This document shows, one piece after another, positions 12,436 to 23,119 of a DNA stretch of 64,000 nucleotides. The stretch is from positions 96,001-160,000 of the forward strand of contig CAXXFV010000009.1 of assembly GCA_963674595.2 (NCBI GenBank), in the 5' to 3' direction. Position numbers and translations under genes: made by a program. The stretch's first letter is position 1. Every line of letters starts with the position of its first letter. Under the pieces are notes generated by a model. The model saw only the letters and a program-made list of their open reading frames with translations, was not told the origin of the DNA and made no database searches. The DNA comes from a bacterium (GTDB taxonomy: Bacteria; Zhuqueibacterota; Zhuqueibacteria; Residuimicrobiales; Krinioviventaceae).

Positions 12436-13386
12436 ATGATTGATGTGCAACATGTCAGTCGATTCTTTGGCGATGTCATGGCCGTTGATGATGTATCTTT
12501 TCAGGTTGAAAAAGGCGAAATCGTTGGTTTTTTAGGACCAAACGCTGCCGGAAAAACTACGACGATGCGTGTATTAACGACTTATTTACCTGCAACATCA
12601 GGTACGGCCAAAGTTGCAGGTTTCGATGTACATGACCAATCTATGGAAGTCCGAAAAAGAATAGGCTATCTGCCCGAACAACCTCCGCTTTATCTGGAGA
12701 TGCGGGTAAAAGATTATCTTGATTTTGTTGCAAAAATTAAAGGCGTAGACACAAAGCAAAGAAAAAGTGCTGTGGATGCTGCCATGTCAAAAGCTGCTGT
12801 ACAAAATGTTCAAGATCGTGTAATTAAAAACCTTTCTAAAGGATATAAACAACGTGTTGGGCTGGCTCAGGCAATTGTACATAATCCTGATGTTCTGATC
12901 TTAGATGAACCAACCGTGGGATTGGATCCAAAACAAATTATTGAAGTACGTGAGTTGATTAAAAGTCTTGCCGGAGAGCATACTATTATTCTCAGTACAC
13001 ATATTTTACCGGAAGTTAGTATGACATGTGAACGTGTTGTTATTATTAACAAAGGTAAAATTGTAGCTGAAGATAAACCGACAAATTTAACCAAAAATCT
13101 GACAGGCACAAAAAGATATATGATGTCTGTTGGCGGGCCCGTAACTGAGATTACTCAGGTACTTGGAAATATTCAAGGTGTACAAAAAATAGAAAATGAT
13201 AATAAAGCAAATACGGACGAACCCGGCACATTCTTTATAGAATCAAATGCTGACACTGAAATTCGTCCTATATTAGCAAAAAATATTATTGATAATGGGT
13301 GGTCCTTGTTTGAGTTAAAATCTGAGGATATCAGTCTGGAAGATGTCTTTCTGCAATTAACGACAAAAGAGGAGGGAACCGCCTGA
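12436..13386 (+). CDS. ABC-2 transporter ATP-binding protein (GldA-like)
   Basis: GPNAAGKT, LSKGYKQRVGLAQA, ILDEPT. Confidence 0.9.
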   Translation: MIDVQHVSRFFGDVMAVDDVSFQVEKGEIVGFLGPNAAGKTTTMRVLTTYLPATSGTAKVAGFDVHDQSMEVRKRIGYLPEQPPLYLEMRVKDYLDFVAKIKGVDTKQRKSAVDAAMSKAAVQNVQDRVIKNLSKGYKQRVGLAQAIVHNPDVLILDEPTVGLDPKQIIEVRELIKSLAGEHTIILSTHILPEVSMTCERVVIINKGKIVAEDKPTNLTKNLTGTKRYMMSVGGPVTEITQVLGNIQGVQKIENDNKANTDEPGTFFIESNADTEIRPILAKNIIDNGWSLFELKSEDISLEDVFLQLTTKEEGTA

Positions 13387-14171
13387 TGAAAAATTACTTG
13401 GCTATTTTTCAAAGAGAGACGAAATCTTATTTTTCATCTCCAATCGCTTATGTAGTCATCGGTCTCTTTGTATTATTATCCGGTGTCTTTTTTTACTTGA
13501 TTCTTTCGAATTTTGTAGAAATGTGCATGCGTGCTGATATGCAGGCACAATATTATAGAATGGCTCCACCGAAAATGAATGTAAATATGATGGCTATTCG
13601 CCCGGTTTTACATAATATGAGCCTGTTTGCATTGTTTTTTATTCCATTAATTACAATGCGTTTGTATACGGATGAAAAACGGACCGGTACATTAGAACTG
13701 TTATCCACGTCTCCGGTTACTAATTTACAGGCTATTTTGGGTAAATTTTCAGCCGGTGCATTATTGTTTTTGGTTATGCTGGCGTCCAGTTTTCTATTCA
13801 TCATTGTAACATTTATCTTTGGTAAACCTGAAATTGGACCTGTATTAACCGGATATTTGGGACTGTTTTTGTTAGGGCTTTCTTATATTTCATTCGGCCT
13901 GTTTTTTTCAACATTAACAGATAACCAAATTATTGCTGCCGTTAGTACCGTTACTTTTATTTTATTCTTTTGGGCAATAGGATGGTTTGCCAATTATCTT
14001 GGTCCACAGATTGGGCAAGCTTTATCCGGTTTTTCTCTAATTGATCACTTTGACGATTTTTCTAAAGGTGTTCTTGATACAAAACATATTGTCTTTTATC
14101 TAAGTTTTATTTCGATGGGTTTGTTCCTTTCATATATATCTATTGAATCCGCAAGATGGAGGGGCAGATGA
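13386..14171 (+). CDS. ABC-2 permease (GldF-like)
   Basis: YFSSPIAY, EKRTGTLELL, multiple TM helices. Confidence 0.85.
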   Translation: MKNYLAIFQRETKSYFSSPIAYVVIGLFVLLSGVFFYLILSNFVEMCMRADMQAQYYRMAPPKMNVNMMAIRPVLHNMSLFALFFIPLITMRLYTDEKRTGTLELLSTSPVTNLQAILGKFSAGALLFLVMLASSFLFIIVTFIFGKPEIGPVLTGYLGLFLLGLSYISFGLFFSTLTDNQIIAAVSTVTFILFFWAIGWFANYLGPQIGQALSGFSLIDHFDDFSKGVLDTKHIVFYLSFISMGLFLSYISIESARWRGR

Positions 14172-15721
14172 TAAACAAATACGCACATTTAGGTGGTCTT
14201 GCCGGACTTGCTCTTGTCCTGCTCGGCCTGATAATATATTCTATCAATTCAGTTTTTACTGTTGTTACCAATGTTTTAATTATTGTTGGTGCAATATTAT
14301 TAATCGCATTTATCGTTTTAAAATTTAAAACCATAAAACAAGGAATGACAAGTCGATCCGCAAAGTTTGGAAGTAATGCGGCTTTGTTAATTATTTTCGT
14401 TTTTGGTATTATTATTATTGTTAATGTTTTACTCAGTCGATTCTCTTATCGTGTCGATACAACTTCTGCAAAAATTTACAGCCTTGCAGAACAAACAACA
14501 AAAGTTTTAAGAAATTTGGATAATGATGTTAAAGTTATCGGGTTTTTTAAAACAGGTTCTGCCCAGCAAATAGAAGAATTATTGTTGGAATATTCCAATG
14601 TTTCTTCACGCTTTAAATACGAACTTGTCGATCCGGATAAAAAACCTGGGCTGGCAAAGCGTTATGGTATAAAAGCCTATGGAACGCTTGTTGTCGAAAG
14701 TAACGGCAAAGAAGAGAAAATTGAAAAATCCTCTGAGGAAGAAATAACAAATGCCTTAATTTCTGTAACCAGAGATGGTATTAAAAAAGTATATTTTACA
14801 ACTGGTCACGGAGAAAAAGATCTTGAAAATGAAGACAAGGCAGGTTTTAGTGCGGCAAAAGCGGCTGCAGAAGATGAAAACTATGTTATAGAAACAATAT
14901 TGTTGGCCGAACAGGATTCCATTCCATCAGACTGCTCTGTTTTGGTCATCGCAGGCCCGCAAAGCGACTTTTTTCAAAAAGAGCTGGACATGGTTGACAG
15001 TTATTTGGAAAAAGGCGGAAAACTTTTGTTAATGCTTGATCCGGGTGCTGCTAATGGATTTGTAAAATTTTTGACGTTCTGGGGTCTTGATGTTGGAAAC
15101 GACATTGTTGTTGATGCATCCGGTGTTGGTCAGTTGTTTGGTGCCGGTCCAACAATTCCCATTGTTTCGCAATATGAAGATCATGTGCTGACTAAAGATT
15201 TTAATGTTATGACATTTTATCCTGAAGCACGTTCCATTTCAAAAGCAGAATATGCTCCCAAGGGTGTTACCGCAACAGAACTGGCAAAAACCAGTCCAAG
15301 AAGCTGGGGTGAAACATCATCCCTAACTTCCGGTAAAATAGCCTTTGATGAGGGAAAGGACCTGCAAGGACCGGTCAATATTTTAGCTGTTGTTGAAAAG
15401 GATGCGGCAAAGGCTGCTAAAAAAGAAGACAAGTATAACCTTGGAACTTCAACAACCAAAGCACGACTCATTGTTTTTGGTGATTCTGATTTTGCAAGCA
15501 ATTCCTATTTCAGCGTCCAGGGAAATGGTAATATGTTTATGAATTCAATTAGCTGGTTGGCGGAAAATGAAGACTTGATTGCTATCCGTCCGCGTGACCC
15601 TGAGGACAGGCGGCTTAACCTGACTAAAAAACAATCAAAAATGATCCTTTATTTTGGTGTTATTTTACTTCCCTTGGTTGTTTTTGTAATCGGAATTGTT
15701 GTATATCGTAAAAGAAAATAG
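14168..15721 (+). CDS. GldG-family ABC auxiliary protein
   Basis: N-terminal TMs, YFTTGHGEK, VFGDSDF, GNGNMFMNSISWL, C-terminal TM. Confidence 0.85.
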   Translation: MINKYAHLGGLAGLALVLLGLIIYSINSVFTVVTNVLIIVGAILLIAFIVLKFKTIKQGMTSRSAKFGSNAALLIIFVFGIIIIVNVLLSRFSYRVDTTSAKIYSLAEQTTKVLRNLDNDVKVIGFFKTGSAQQIEELLLEYSNVSSRFKYELVDPDKKPGLAKRYGIKAYGTLVVESNGKEEKIEKSSEEEITNALISVTRDGIKKVYFTTGHGEKDLENEDKAGFSAAKAAAEDENYVIETILLAEQDSIPSDCSVLVIAGPQSDFFQKELDMVDSYLEKGGKLLLMLDPGAANGFVKFLTFWGLDVGNDIVVDASGVGQLFGAGPTIPIVSQYEDHVLTKDFNVMTFYPEARSISKAEYAPKGVTATELAKTSPRSWGETSSLTSGKIAFDEGKDLQGPVNILAVVEKDAAKAAKKEDKYNLGTSTTKARLIVFGDSDFASNSYFSVQGNGNMFMNSISWLAENEDLIAIRPRDPEDRRLNLTKKQSKMILYFGVILLPLVVFVIGIVVYRKRK

Positions 15722-15728
15722 TAACTTT

Positions 15729-15757
15729 ACAAGGCTTCTTTTTAGAAGCCTTGTTTT
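15729..15757 (+). terminator. Intrinsic terminator-like hairpin
   Basis: ACAAGGCTTCT-loop-AGAAGCCTTGT followed by TTT directly after the GldG-like stop. Confidence 0.55.
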
Positions 15758-15838
15758 AATATAAGCATATGATTATTCATTTGTATTTTGTAAATTATCC
15801 TTTAGTCTTGAGTTAATAAAACTGGGAGAATCGGAAAA

Positions 15839-17194
15839 ATGAATTTTAAAAAAACACTCTTAATCGGCGTTATTTTTGGGCTCAGCGTCTTGGGAGTCGT
15901 TTTATTAAATAAACAAGATAAAAAGAATAAAGAAATTGAAGAGAGTGAAGCCAAACTTTTAAATGTTGAAAAAGAAAAATTTACTAGTGTAGCTTTATAT
16001 CCATTGGGCATCCATGCTGTTAAAACAGGAGAAGAGTGGAAATTAATTGAACCTTTTGAAACAGATGCTGATAAGAGCGCTATTGAAGCTATCCTGAATA
16101 TTTTTAGTTGGGCAAAACTTGAACGTACTGTTTCTTCTGATCAAACGGAATATACGGATTTTGGTTTAAACCCTGAATACGGGAAAATGGTCCTAACTTA
16201 TGAAGGCGGTGCCGATACACTTTACATTGGTGATTCCAATCCAACCGGTTCGTTTCTTTTTGCACGCCGTGGTGGTTCTGATGTGGTTTTTTTAACTACA
16301 ACAAGTTTACGAACTCAGTTGGAAAAATCGTTGTTTGATTATCGTGATAAACGAGCGCTTGTTTTTAATAAAGACCAGGTAACAGCTTTTGATATTAAAA
16401 CATCAAAAAATACCTATTCTCTTGCAAAAAACGGAGCACAATGGGACCTTTTATCACCACTTGAGGATAAAGCCGATGATGGTAAAGTACAGGGTGTTAT
16501 AAACCGGATTGCAAATACACGTATCAAAGAATTTGTTGATGAAAATCCAAAATCATTAGCAACCTACGGCCTTTTAAAGCCAAACTATACAATTGATGTT
16601 TTTATTGGTAGCGAAAAAGCAAAAAAAACTTTATATATAGGCAATGCAAAGGCGAAACAGTTTTATGCAAAGGATGAAACCAGAAAACCTGTTTTTCTTT
16701 TAGATTCGTCATTTGTAAATATTTTTAAAGCCCCGGTTTCTGATTATAGAAATAAAAAGATAACTGACTTTAAAGAAGCAGATATTGCAAGATTTGAATT
16801 AAATTATTCTGATACGACAATTGTTTGTACAAAAGATTCTAACGGAAAGTGGGTGCTGGTTGAACCGGTAAAAAATAAGACAAAAAGCTGGAAGATTTCA
16901 GCTATTACATCAGCCGTGGCAAATTTAAGAGTTGAAAAGTTTGTTGACAAAAAAGGTTCTTTACGACAATTTGGTTTGTCTAAACCTTCTGTTATTGGGA
17001 CTTTTTATGACAATTTTGGAAATATTCTTTTAAAATTAGAGCTTGGCAAAATAAATAAAGATAATGTATACGCTAAAAAAGCGGATTTAAACGAAATATA
17101 TTTAGTTAATAAAGGCGTTATGACCAAATTGACGTCAAAAATTGATGAAATATCTGAAATTCAAAAAGATAGTTCATCAGAGGCAACTAATTAG
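15839..17194 (+). CDS. DUF4340 repeat protein
   Basis: Signal anchor plus three repeats with W-x-L-x-x-P and (Y/F)GL-x-x-P motifs; usual GldG partner. Confidence 0.8.
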   Translation: MNFKKTLLIGVIFGLSVLGVVLLNKQDKKNKEIEESEAKLLNVEKEKFTSVALYPLGIHAVKTGEEWKLIEPFETDADKSAIEAILNIFSWAKLERTVSSDQTEYTDFGLNPEYGKMVLTYEGGADTLYIGDSNPTGSFLFARRGGSDVVFLTTTSLRTQLEKSLFDYRDKRALVFNKDQVTAFDIKTSKNTYSLAKNGAQWDLLSPLEDKADDGKVQGVINRIANTRIKEFVDENPKSLATYGLLKPNYTIDVFIGSEKAKKTLYIGNAKAKQFYAKDETRKPVFLLDSSFVNIFKAPVSDYRNKKITDFKEADIARFELNYSDTTIVCTKDSNGKWVLVEPVKNKTKSWKISAITSAVANLRVEKFVDKKGSLRQFGLSKPSVIGTFYDNFGNILLKLELGKINKDNVYAKKADLNEIYLVNKGVMTKLTSKIDEISEIQKDSSSEATN

Positions 17195-17288
17195 GTTGTA
17201 ATTATCAACCCGATTGTTATTCGGCATAATAGTTTAGACTGTCAAATGAGTCGGGATTACTAAATATTCTCTGAATATTGGAGGATGA

Positions 17289-19376
17289 ATGATTTGTAAA
17301 AAAGAAATAGAATTCGGTGGAAGCAAGTTTATCATTGAAACTGGTCGAATTGCAAAACAGGCACATGGTGCCGCCTGGGTACAAATGGGTGATACCGTTG
17401 TCCTGGCTGCAGTTTGTAGATCCAGATCTGAGCTGGAAGGTGTAGATTTTTTCCCACTTCAAGTGGAATATCGTGAAAAAACCTATGCCGTTGGAAAAAT
17501 TCCAGGTGGATTTATCAAGCGTGAAGGCCGACCCAGTGAAACCGAAATTCTTAGCGCCCGACTTATTGATAGACCCATCAGGCCCCTTTTCCCTGATGGA
17601 TTTACCTATGAAATTCAGATTATTGTCAATGTGCTTTCTTCTGATCGGCAAAATGATGCAGATGTGCTGGGAATAACAGCCGCTTCTGCTGCCTTGTCTC
17701 TATCAGAAATTCCTTTTGAAGGCCCTATTGCCGGTGCACGTGTTGGACGTATTAATGGTGAATTTGTAATAAACCCAACATATGAGCAACGTGCAGAAAG
17801 TGACCTCGATTTGGTCATAGCTGGTTCAAAAGATTCCATTTCAATGGTTGAAGGTGAGGCTTTGGAACTTTCTGAAGAGGAAATGTTAGCTGCCCTGGAA
17901 TTTGGACACAAAGAAATCCAAAAATTAATTGAATTACAGGAGAGTATGCTGCCTGAGGCCGGTAAACCAAAAATGGAACTGGCTGAAAAGGAAGATTTTA
18001 CACCACTGGCTGATAAAGTTAAAGAACTTTGTTACAGCAAGTTACAGGAAAGTTTAAGAATCGCTGATAAAGAAACGCGAAATACTTCTCTTTCCGAAAT
18101 TCAAGATCAGGTTATTCAGGCTTTGGAAGAAGAATTCCCGGAACATGAAAAAAAGATCGGTGGAATTATTCACGATTTTGAAAAGGAAATTATCCGGCAG
18201 ATGCTTGTGAATGATAATATCCGGCTTGATGGAAGAACACCTGACGAGATTAGAAATATTGACATTGAAGTTGGTGTTTTGCCCCGTGCTCATGGTTCTG
18301 CCTTGTTTACTCGTGGGCAGACGCAGTCATTAGCTGCAACCACACTTGGAACAAAAGTTGACGAACAGCGTATTGAAGGGCTGGAAGGTGAATTTTGGAA
18401 AAACTATATGCTTCATTATAATTTTCCGCCATTCAGCACTGGTGAGACAAAACCATTACGTGGAACCAGTCGTCGTGAAATCGGTCATGGAAATTTGGCA
18501 GAAAGAGCGATAAAACCTACCATACCGACGGATAAAGTTTTTCCATATACCATCCGAATTGTTTCCGATATTATGGAATCTAATGGTTCTTCATCTATGG
18601 CTTCTGTCTGTGCTGGTTCTCTTTCTTTAATGGATGCCGGTGTACCGGTTAAAAGTCCTGTAGCCGGAATTGCTATGGGCCTGGTTAAAGAGGATGATAA
18701 AGTTGTTGTTCTTACTGATATTCTTGGTGACGAAGATCATTTCGGTGATATGGATTTTAAAGTTGCCGGAAATGCGGAAGGTATAACTGCTTTTCAAATG
18801 GATATTAAAATTAAGGGCATTTCAACAGAAATTATGAAAGAAGCTTTGGAAAAAGCTAAAAAAGCTCGTCTTTTTATCCTTGATAAAATGAACAAGGTTA
18901 TTTCTGTTCCACGCGACCAACTCTCTACATACGCACCGAGAATGTTAACACTTAAAATAAATCCGGATGCTATCGGAAGCGTTATAGGACCGGGAGGTAA
19001 AACGATCCGTGAAATAACTGAACGGACCGGAGCAACGGTTGACATTGATGATGATGGAACCGTTACGATAGCTTCTGTTTCCTCTGAGGCCGGCGAAGAA
19101 GCTTACAAAATCATAAAGTCAATCACCGCTCAACCGGAAGTCGATGAAATTTATACAGGCAAAGTCAAACGAATTATGAACTTTGGCGCTTTTGTGGAAA
19201 TTCTTCCTGGTAAAGAAGGCCTTGTTCATATTTCACAAATTGACCACACCCGTGTAAATAAGGTCGAAGATGTTTTGAAAATCGGAGACGAAGTTACGGT
19301 CAAGGTTATCAAGATTGATGGAGAGGGCCGAATCGATCTAAGTCGTAAAGCACTCTTGCCACAAGAAGAAAAATAG
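17289..19376 (+). CDS. pnp: Polyribonucleotide nucleotidyltransferase
   Basis: GKIPGGFIKREGRP, RREIGHG, GDMDFKVAG, KH and S1 domains. Confidence 0.98.
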   Translation: MICKKEIEFGGSKFIIETGRIAKQAHGAAWVQMGDTVVLAAVCRSRSELEGVDFFPLQVEYREKTYAVGKIPGGFIKREGRPSETEILSARLIDRPIRPLFPDGFTYEIQIIVNVLSSDRQNDADVLGITAASAALSLSEIPFEGPIAGARVGRINGEFVINPTYEQRAESDLDLVIAGSKDSISMVEGEALELSEEEMLAALEFGHKEIQKLIELQESMLPEAGKPKMELAEKEDFTPLADKVKELCYSKLQESLRIADKETRNTSLSEIQDQVIQALEEEFPEHEKKIGGIIHDFEKEIIRQMLVNDNIRLDGRTPDEIRNIDIEVGVLPRAHGSALFTRGQTQSLAATTLGTKVDEQRIEGLEGEFWKNYMLHYNFPPFSTGETKPLRGTSRREIGHGNLAERAIKPTIPTDKVFPYTIRIVSDIMESNGSSSMASVCAGSLSLMDAGVPVKSPVAGIAMGLVKEDDKVVVLTDILGDEDHFGDMDFKVAGNAEGITAFQMDIKIKGISTEIMKEALEKAKKARLFILDKMNKVISVPRDQLSTYAPRMLTLKINPDAIGSVIGPGGKTIREITERTGATVDIDDDGTVTIASVSSEAGEEAYKIIKSITAQPEVDEIYTGKVKRIMNFGAFVEILPGKEGLVHISQIDHTRVNKVEDVLKIGDEVTVKVIKIDGEGRIDLSRKALLPQEEK

Positions 19377-19387
19377 TATATACTAAT

Positions 19388-20626
19388 ATGAAAAATCCTC
19401 ATATAAAAAGAACAGTTTTAGAAAATGGCATTCGAATAATTACCGAACGGATGCCATTTGTTCGTTCTGTTGCTATTGGGGCCTGGATTAAGACTGGTTC
19501 CGGTGATGAAACAGAACAAAACAATGGAATTTCTCATTTTCTGGAACATATGCTCTTTAAAGGAACCGAAAAAAGATCTGCTTTTGAGATTGCTGAAGGT
19601 TTGGAATCCCTGGGTGGAAGTATTAACGGTTCCACAGGTAAAGAATTAAGTTTGTATAATGTTCATGTGTTGGATGAAAACACGGAAACGGCTGTTGATA
19701 TTTTAACAGACTTGATTCAAAACCCAAAAATTACTGAAAAAGACCTGGAGCTTGAAAGAAACGTTATCCTTTCGGAAATTAGCCATTCCATGGAAGATCC
19801 CGAAGAGTTTTTACTCGATCACTTTTACTACAATATCTATTCTCCGCACCCGCTTGGTTTTTTTATTTATGGAAAACCAGAAAATGTCGCCCGTTTTTCA
19901 AGCCGTGAAATATACGAATATTTTGAATCAAAATATATTCCTCAAAACATTGTCTTTTCCGCATCCGGTAATATTGAACATGATCGTTTTGTTGATCTGG
20001 TCCAAAAATATTATATCAAAAATAAAAATGCAAATTTGCAATCAAATGCTTGTAGTCTTGCGGAAAATTATGTAAATTATTGCGAACTTGAAGTACAGTC
20101 ATTACAACAGGCCCATATTTGTATCGGGACGAGAACCTGTGGAGTTAATGACGAAAAAAAATATGCAACAATCTTATTGGAACTAATCCTTGGCGGTGGA
20201 ATGAGCTCAAGACTTTTTCAAAATATTCGGGAAAAGTATGGATTTGCCTATAATGTCTATAGCTTTACGGACATTATGGCAGGGACTGGTGTTTTGGGCG
20301 CCTACATGGCCTGCAAAGAGTCCAAGGTTGTACAGTCAATTAGACTTTTGCGTGAAGAATTTAACAAAATGATTGAAGAACCGATTCCGGAAGAAGAGCT
20401 GGAACGCGGTAAATCACATATTAAAGGTAATATCATTCTTGGCTTGGAAAGCAGCAGCCGACGCATGAGAAAAAACGGTGAAACCGAAATTTATAATGGA
20501 ATGCACCTGACGCTTGAAGAGACACTTGATAAAATTGACAACATCACGTCTGCAGATATTCAAAATATAGCTTCGGATGTTTTTATGAATAATAAATTAA
20601 ATATAACAGTTCTCTTACCAAAATAA
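19388..20626 (+). CDS. M16 family (pitrilysin) zinc peptidase
   Basis: HFLEH inverted zinc motif, GGGMSSRLFQ; usual position after pnp. Confidence 0.92.
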   Translation: MKNPHIKRTVLENGIRIITERMPFVRSVAIGAWIKTGSGDETEQNNGISHFLEHMLFKGTEKRSAFEIAEGLESLGGSINGSTGKELSLYNVHVLDENTETAVDILTDLIQNPKITEKDLELERNVILSEISHSMEDPEEFLLDHFYYNIYSPHPLGFFIYGKPENVARFSSREIYEYFESKYIPQNIVFSASGNIEHDRFVDLVQKYYIKNKNANLQSNACSLAENYVNYCELEVQSLQQAHICIGTRTCGVNDEKKYATILLELILGGGMSSRLFQNIREKYGFAYNVYSFTDIMAGTGVLGAYMACKESKVVQSIRLLREEFNKMIEEPIPEEELERGKSHIKGNIILGLESSSRRMRKNGETEIYNGMHLTLEETLDKIDNITSADIQNIASDVFMNNKLNITVLLPK

Positions 20627-20642
20627 TTTTACGGAGGTTTCC

Positions 20643-21755
20643 ATGTTAATTGGTGTCCCTACTGAAATTAAAACAAATGAAAACAGAATTGCTTTGGTGC
20701 CGGCCGGCGCTGAAATTTTAAAACGAAACGGGCATTCTGTAATGGTTCAAAAAGATGGTGGTTTTGGCAGTGGCTTTACAAATGAAGATTATGAAGCTGC
20801 TGGTGCAGAGATTGTAAATACGGCTGAGGAAATATTTGATCGTGCTGATATGATCATGAAGGTTAAAGAACCTTTGCCGCAAGAATATGCTTTAATTAAA
20901 GAAAATCAAATAGTTTTTACTTATTTCCATTTTGCCGCTGCTGAAGATCTCACAATGGCAATGATTAAAAGCAAAGCCAAATGTATTGCTTATGAAACTG
21001 TTGAAACAGCCGATGGCAGTTTACCGTTACTCATCCCTATGAGTGAAGTTGCCGGTAGAATGGCTGTTCAGGAAGGCGCCAAATATTTGGAAAAGTTTTT
21101 TGGTGGGAGAGGTTTGTTGTTAGGTGGTATCCCCGGTGTTAGACCAGCTTCTGTTGTTATTTTAGGTGGTGGTATTGTTGGTACAAATGCTGCAAAAATG
21201 GCTGCCGGTATGGGAGCAAATGTTTCAATTTTAGACCTTGATTTGAATCGTCTCAGATACCTGGATGACGTAATGCCAAAAAATGTAGCAACAATTAAAT
21301 CAAATCCTTATACAATTCGGGAAGCAATATCTACAGCAGATTTGGTTGTCGGTGCTGTTTTAATAGCCGGTGCTAAAGCTCCTCATTTAATTACACGTGA
21401 CATGCTCAAATTTATGCCAAAAGGTTCAGTTATCGTTGATGTTGCTGTTGATCAGGGCGGATGTGTTGAAACAATTCGTGCCACAACCCATCAGGACCCA
21501 ACCTATGTTGTTGACGGCGTCATTCATTATGGTGTTGCCAATATGCCGGGTGCCGTACCAATGACATCTACTATCGGTCTGACAAATGCAACATTACCCT
21601 ATGCCGTACAGATTGCCAATATGGGCTATGTTGAGGCATGCAAGGCTAATGACGAAATTGCAAAAGGTGTAAATATTATAGATGGTAAAGTTACCTATAA
21701 AGGTGTTTCAGATGCATTTGGACTGGAATACACACCATTGTCTCAGGTGATATAA
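20643..21755 (+). CDS. ald: Alanine dehydrogenase
   Basis: IGVPTEIK, KVKEP, PMSEVAGR, DVAVDQGG, ANMPGAVP. Confidence 0.96.
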   Translation: MLIGVPTEIKTNENRIALVPAGAEILKRNGHSVMVQKDGGFGSGFTNEDYEAAGAEIVNTAEEIFDRADMIMKVKEPLPQEYALIKENQIVFTYFHFAAAEDLTMAMIKSKAKCIAYETVETADGSLPLLIPMSEVAGRMAVQEGAKYLEKFFGGRGLLLGGIPGVRPASVVILGGGIVGTNAAKMAAGMGANVSILDLDLNRLRYLDDVMPKNVATIKSNPYTIREAISTADLVVGAVLIAGAKAPHLITRDMLKFMPKGSVIVDVAVDQGGCVETIRATTHQDPTYVVDGVIHYGVANMPGAVPMTSTIGLTNATLPYAVQIANMGYVEACKANDEIAKGVNIIDGKVTYKGVSDAFGLEYTPLSQVI

Positions 21756-21759
21756 TTTA

Positions 21760-22509
21760 TTGAGTATTCTAGCCTATCATATGGTTGATGATCGATTTGA
21801 CTGGGGTGTTACCAAGGTAACACCCCGTCAATTCGAAAAGCAAATAAAAACCGCTCTGGAAGCGGGGTTCAGGTTCTTTAATCTTGAAGATTATTTTAAA
21901 GAAAATGGACCCAAAAAAGTGGCCATCACATTTGATGATGGTTACGAATCTGTTTATCAATATGCTTTTCCAATTTTGAAAAAGTATGGGGTGACGGCGA
22001 CGGTGTTTGTAATACCCGGCTATTGCGGGCAATTTAACACCTGGGATGTTAATATTGGCGGTATCAGGTTTAAACACCTCTCCTGGCAGCAGATAAAAGA
22101 TTTAAAATCAGCAGGGTGGGAGATTGGTTCGCATTCGTTTTTACACCGGGATTTGTCAGTTCTAAGTACGGATCAGTTATTTAAAGACTTGCTTTCGGCA
22201 GAAAAAATTCTTAAATATCATATTAGTGATTTTAGTTCAGTTATTTCTTATCCATTTGGAAATACAAACGAAAAAGTGATTCAGGTTTGTAAACAACTGG
22301 GTTTTAAAAATGGTGTTGTTATGGGCAGGGTATCCAAAAATTGGGACCCGTGCTTTTCACAAACCCGTTTAGGCGTTTATTTGCTTGATACCGAGTTCAC
22401 TTTTTTGAATAAACTTAATCACCATAATTGGCTTTTTCATAATATGCAAAAAGTTATGGACTTTTGTTCTGATGGTTCTGTTATTGTGAAAAAACGATCC
22501 TGGTACTAA
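21760..22509 (+). CDS. Polysaccharide deacetylase (NodB-like)
   Basis: ILAYH, ITFDDG, IGSHSFLH, SYPFG. Confidence 0.9.
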   Translation: MSILAYHMVDDRFDWGVTKVTPRQFEKQIKTALEAGFRFFNLEDYFKENGPKKVAITFDDGYESVYQYAFPILKKYGVTATVFVIPGYCGQFNTWDVNIGGIRFKHLSWQQIKDLKSAGWEIGSHSFLHRDLSVLSTDQLFKDLLSAEKILKYHISDFSSVISYPFGNTNEKVIQVCKQLGFKNGVVMGRVSKNWDPCFSQTRLGVYLLDTEFTFLNKLNHHNWLFHNMQKVMDFCSDGSVIVKKRSWY

Positions 22510-22589
22510 AAAATAATACTTGATTCTTGCAACAATTATCTTTATTTTATAATCTTGATAAAGCGGAGAAGACTCCACCTAGGAAACGG

Positions 22590-22952
22590 ATGGAAGATAA
22601 CTCTATTAAACGGCTTTATTATTCCATTGCTCAAGTTAGTAAAATTACCGGATTAAAACAGTATGTTTTAAGATACTGGGAAACAGAGTTTACAGAGCTC
22701 AAACCGGCAAAAAACAGAGCAGGAAAACGCATTTATAAAGAAAAAGATATCAAAATCATTTTTCTTATAAAGCGGCTACTTTATCAGGAAAAATATACCA
22801 TTGAAGGTGCGCGTAAAAGATTACGTAATATAAAACGTAATAAAGACACTCACCAACAGCTTTCATTGCTGGAATTGGAAAAAATTGATGTTTTGGAGCA
22901 GGTTAAAAATGAGTTAAAAGAGCTCCTTGACATTTTAGACAATAAAAAATAG
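22590..22952 (+). CDS. MerR-family regulator
   Basis: YYSIAQV, VLRYWETEF, YTIEGAR; the common merR-tRNA-Pro(GGG) context. Confidence 0.9.
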   Translation: MEDNSIKRLYYSIAQVSKITGLKQYVLRYWETEFTELKPAKNRAGKRIYKEKDIKIIFLIKRLLYQEKYTIEGARKRLRNIKRNKDTHQQLSLLELEKIDVLEQVKNELKELLDILDNKK

Positions 22953-22954
22953 TT

Positions 22955-23029
22955 CGGGGCGTAGCGCAGCCCGGTTAGCGCACTTGACTGGGGGTCAAGG
23001 GGTCGGAAGTTCAAATCTTCTCGCCCCGA
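22955..23029 (+). tRNA. tRNA-Pro(GGG); probable attachment site of the prophage
   Basis: Acceptor CGGGGCG/CGCCCCG, anticodon arm CTTGA-CTGGGGG-TCAAG, GTTCAAATC T-loop; CCA not encoded. Confidence 0.95.
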
Positions 23030-23057
23030 CTGTTTTATAAGCACTTAGACTGAGTGC

Positions 23058-23112
23058 TTGACCTTTGCCCAACGTTTGACCAAATATTGACCAAGTGTTG
23101 GGCATTTTTTTT
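23058..23112. repeat. Probable integrase arm-type sites overlapping a terminator hairpin
   Basis: TTGACC occurs three times plus TTGCCC; inverted repeat TGCCCAAC/GTTGGGCA followed by a T-run. Confidence 0.5.
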
Positions 23113-23119
23113 GTTTTTA

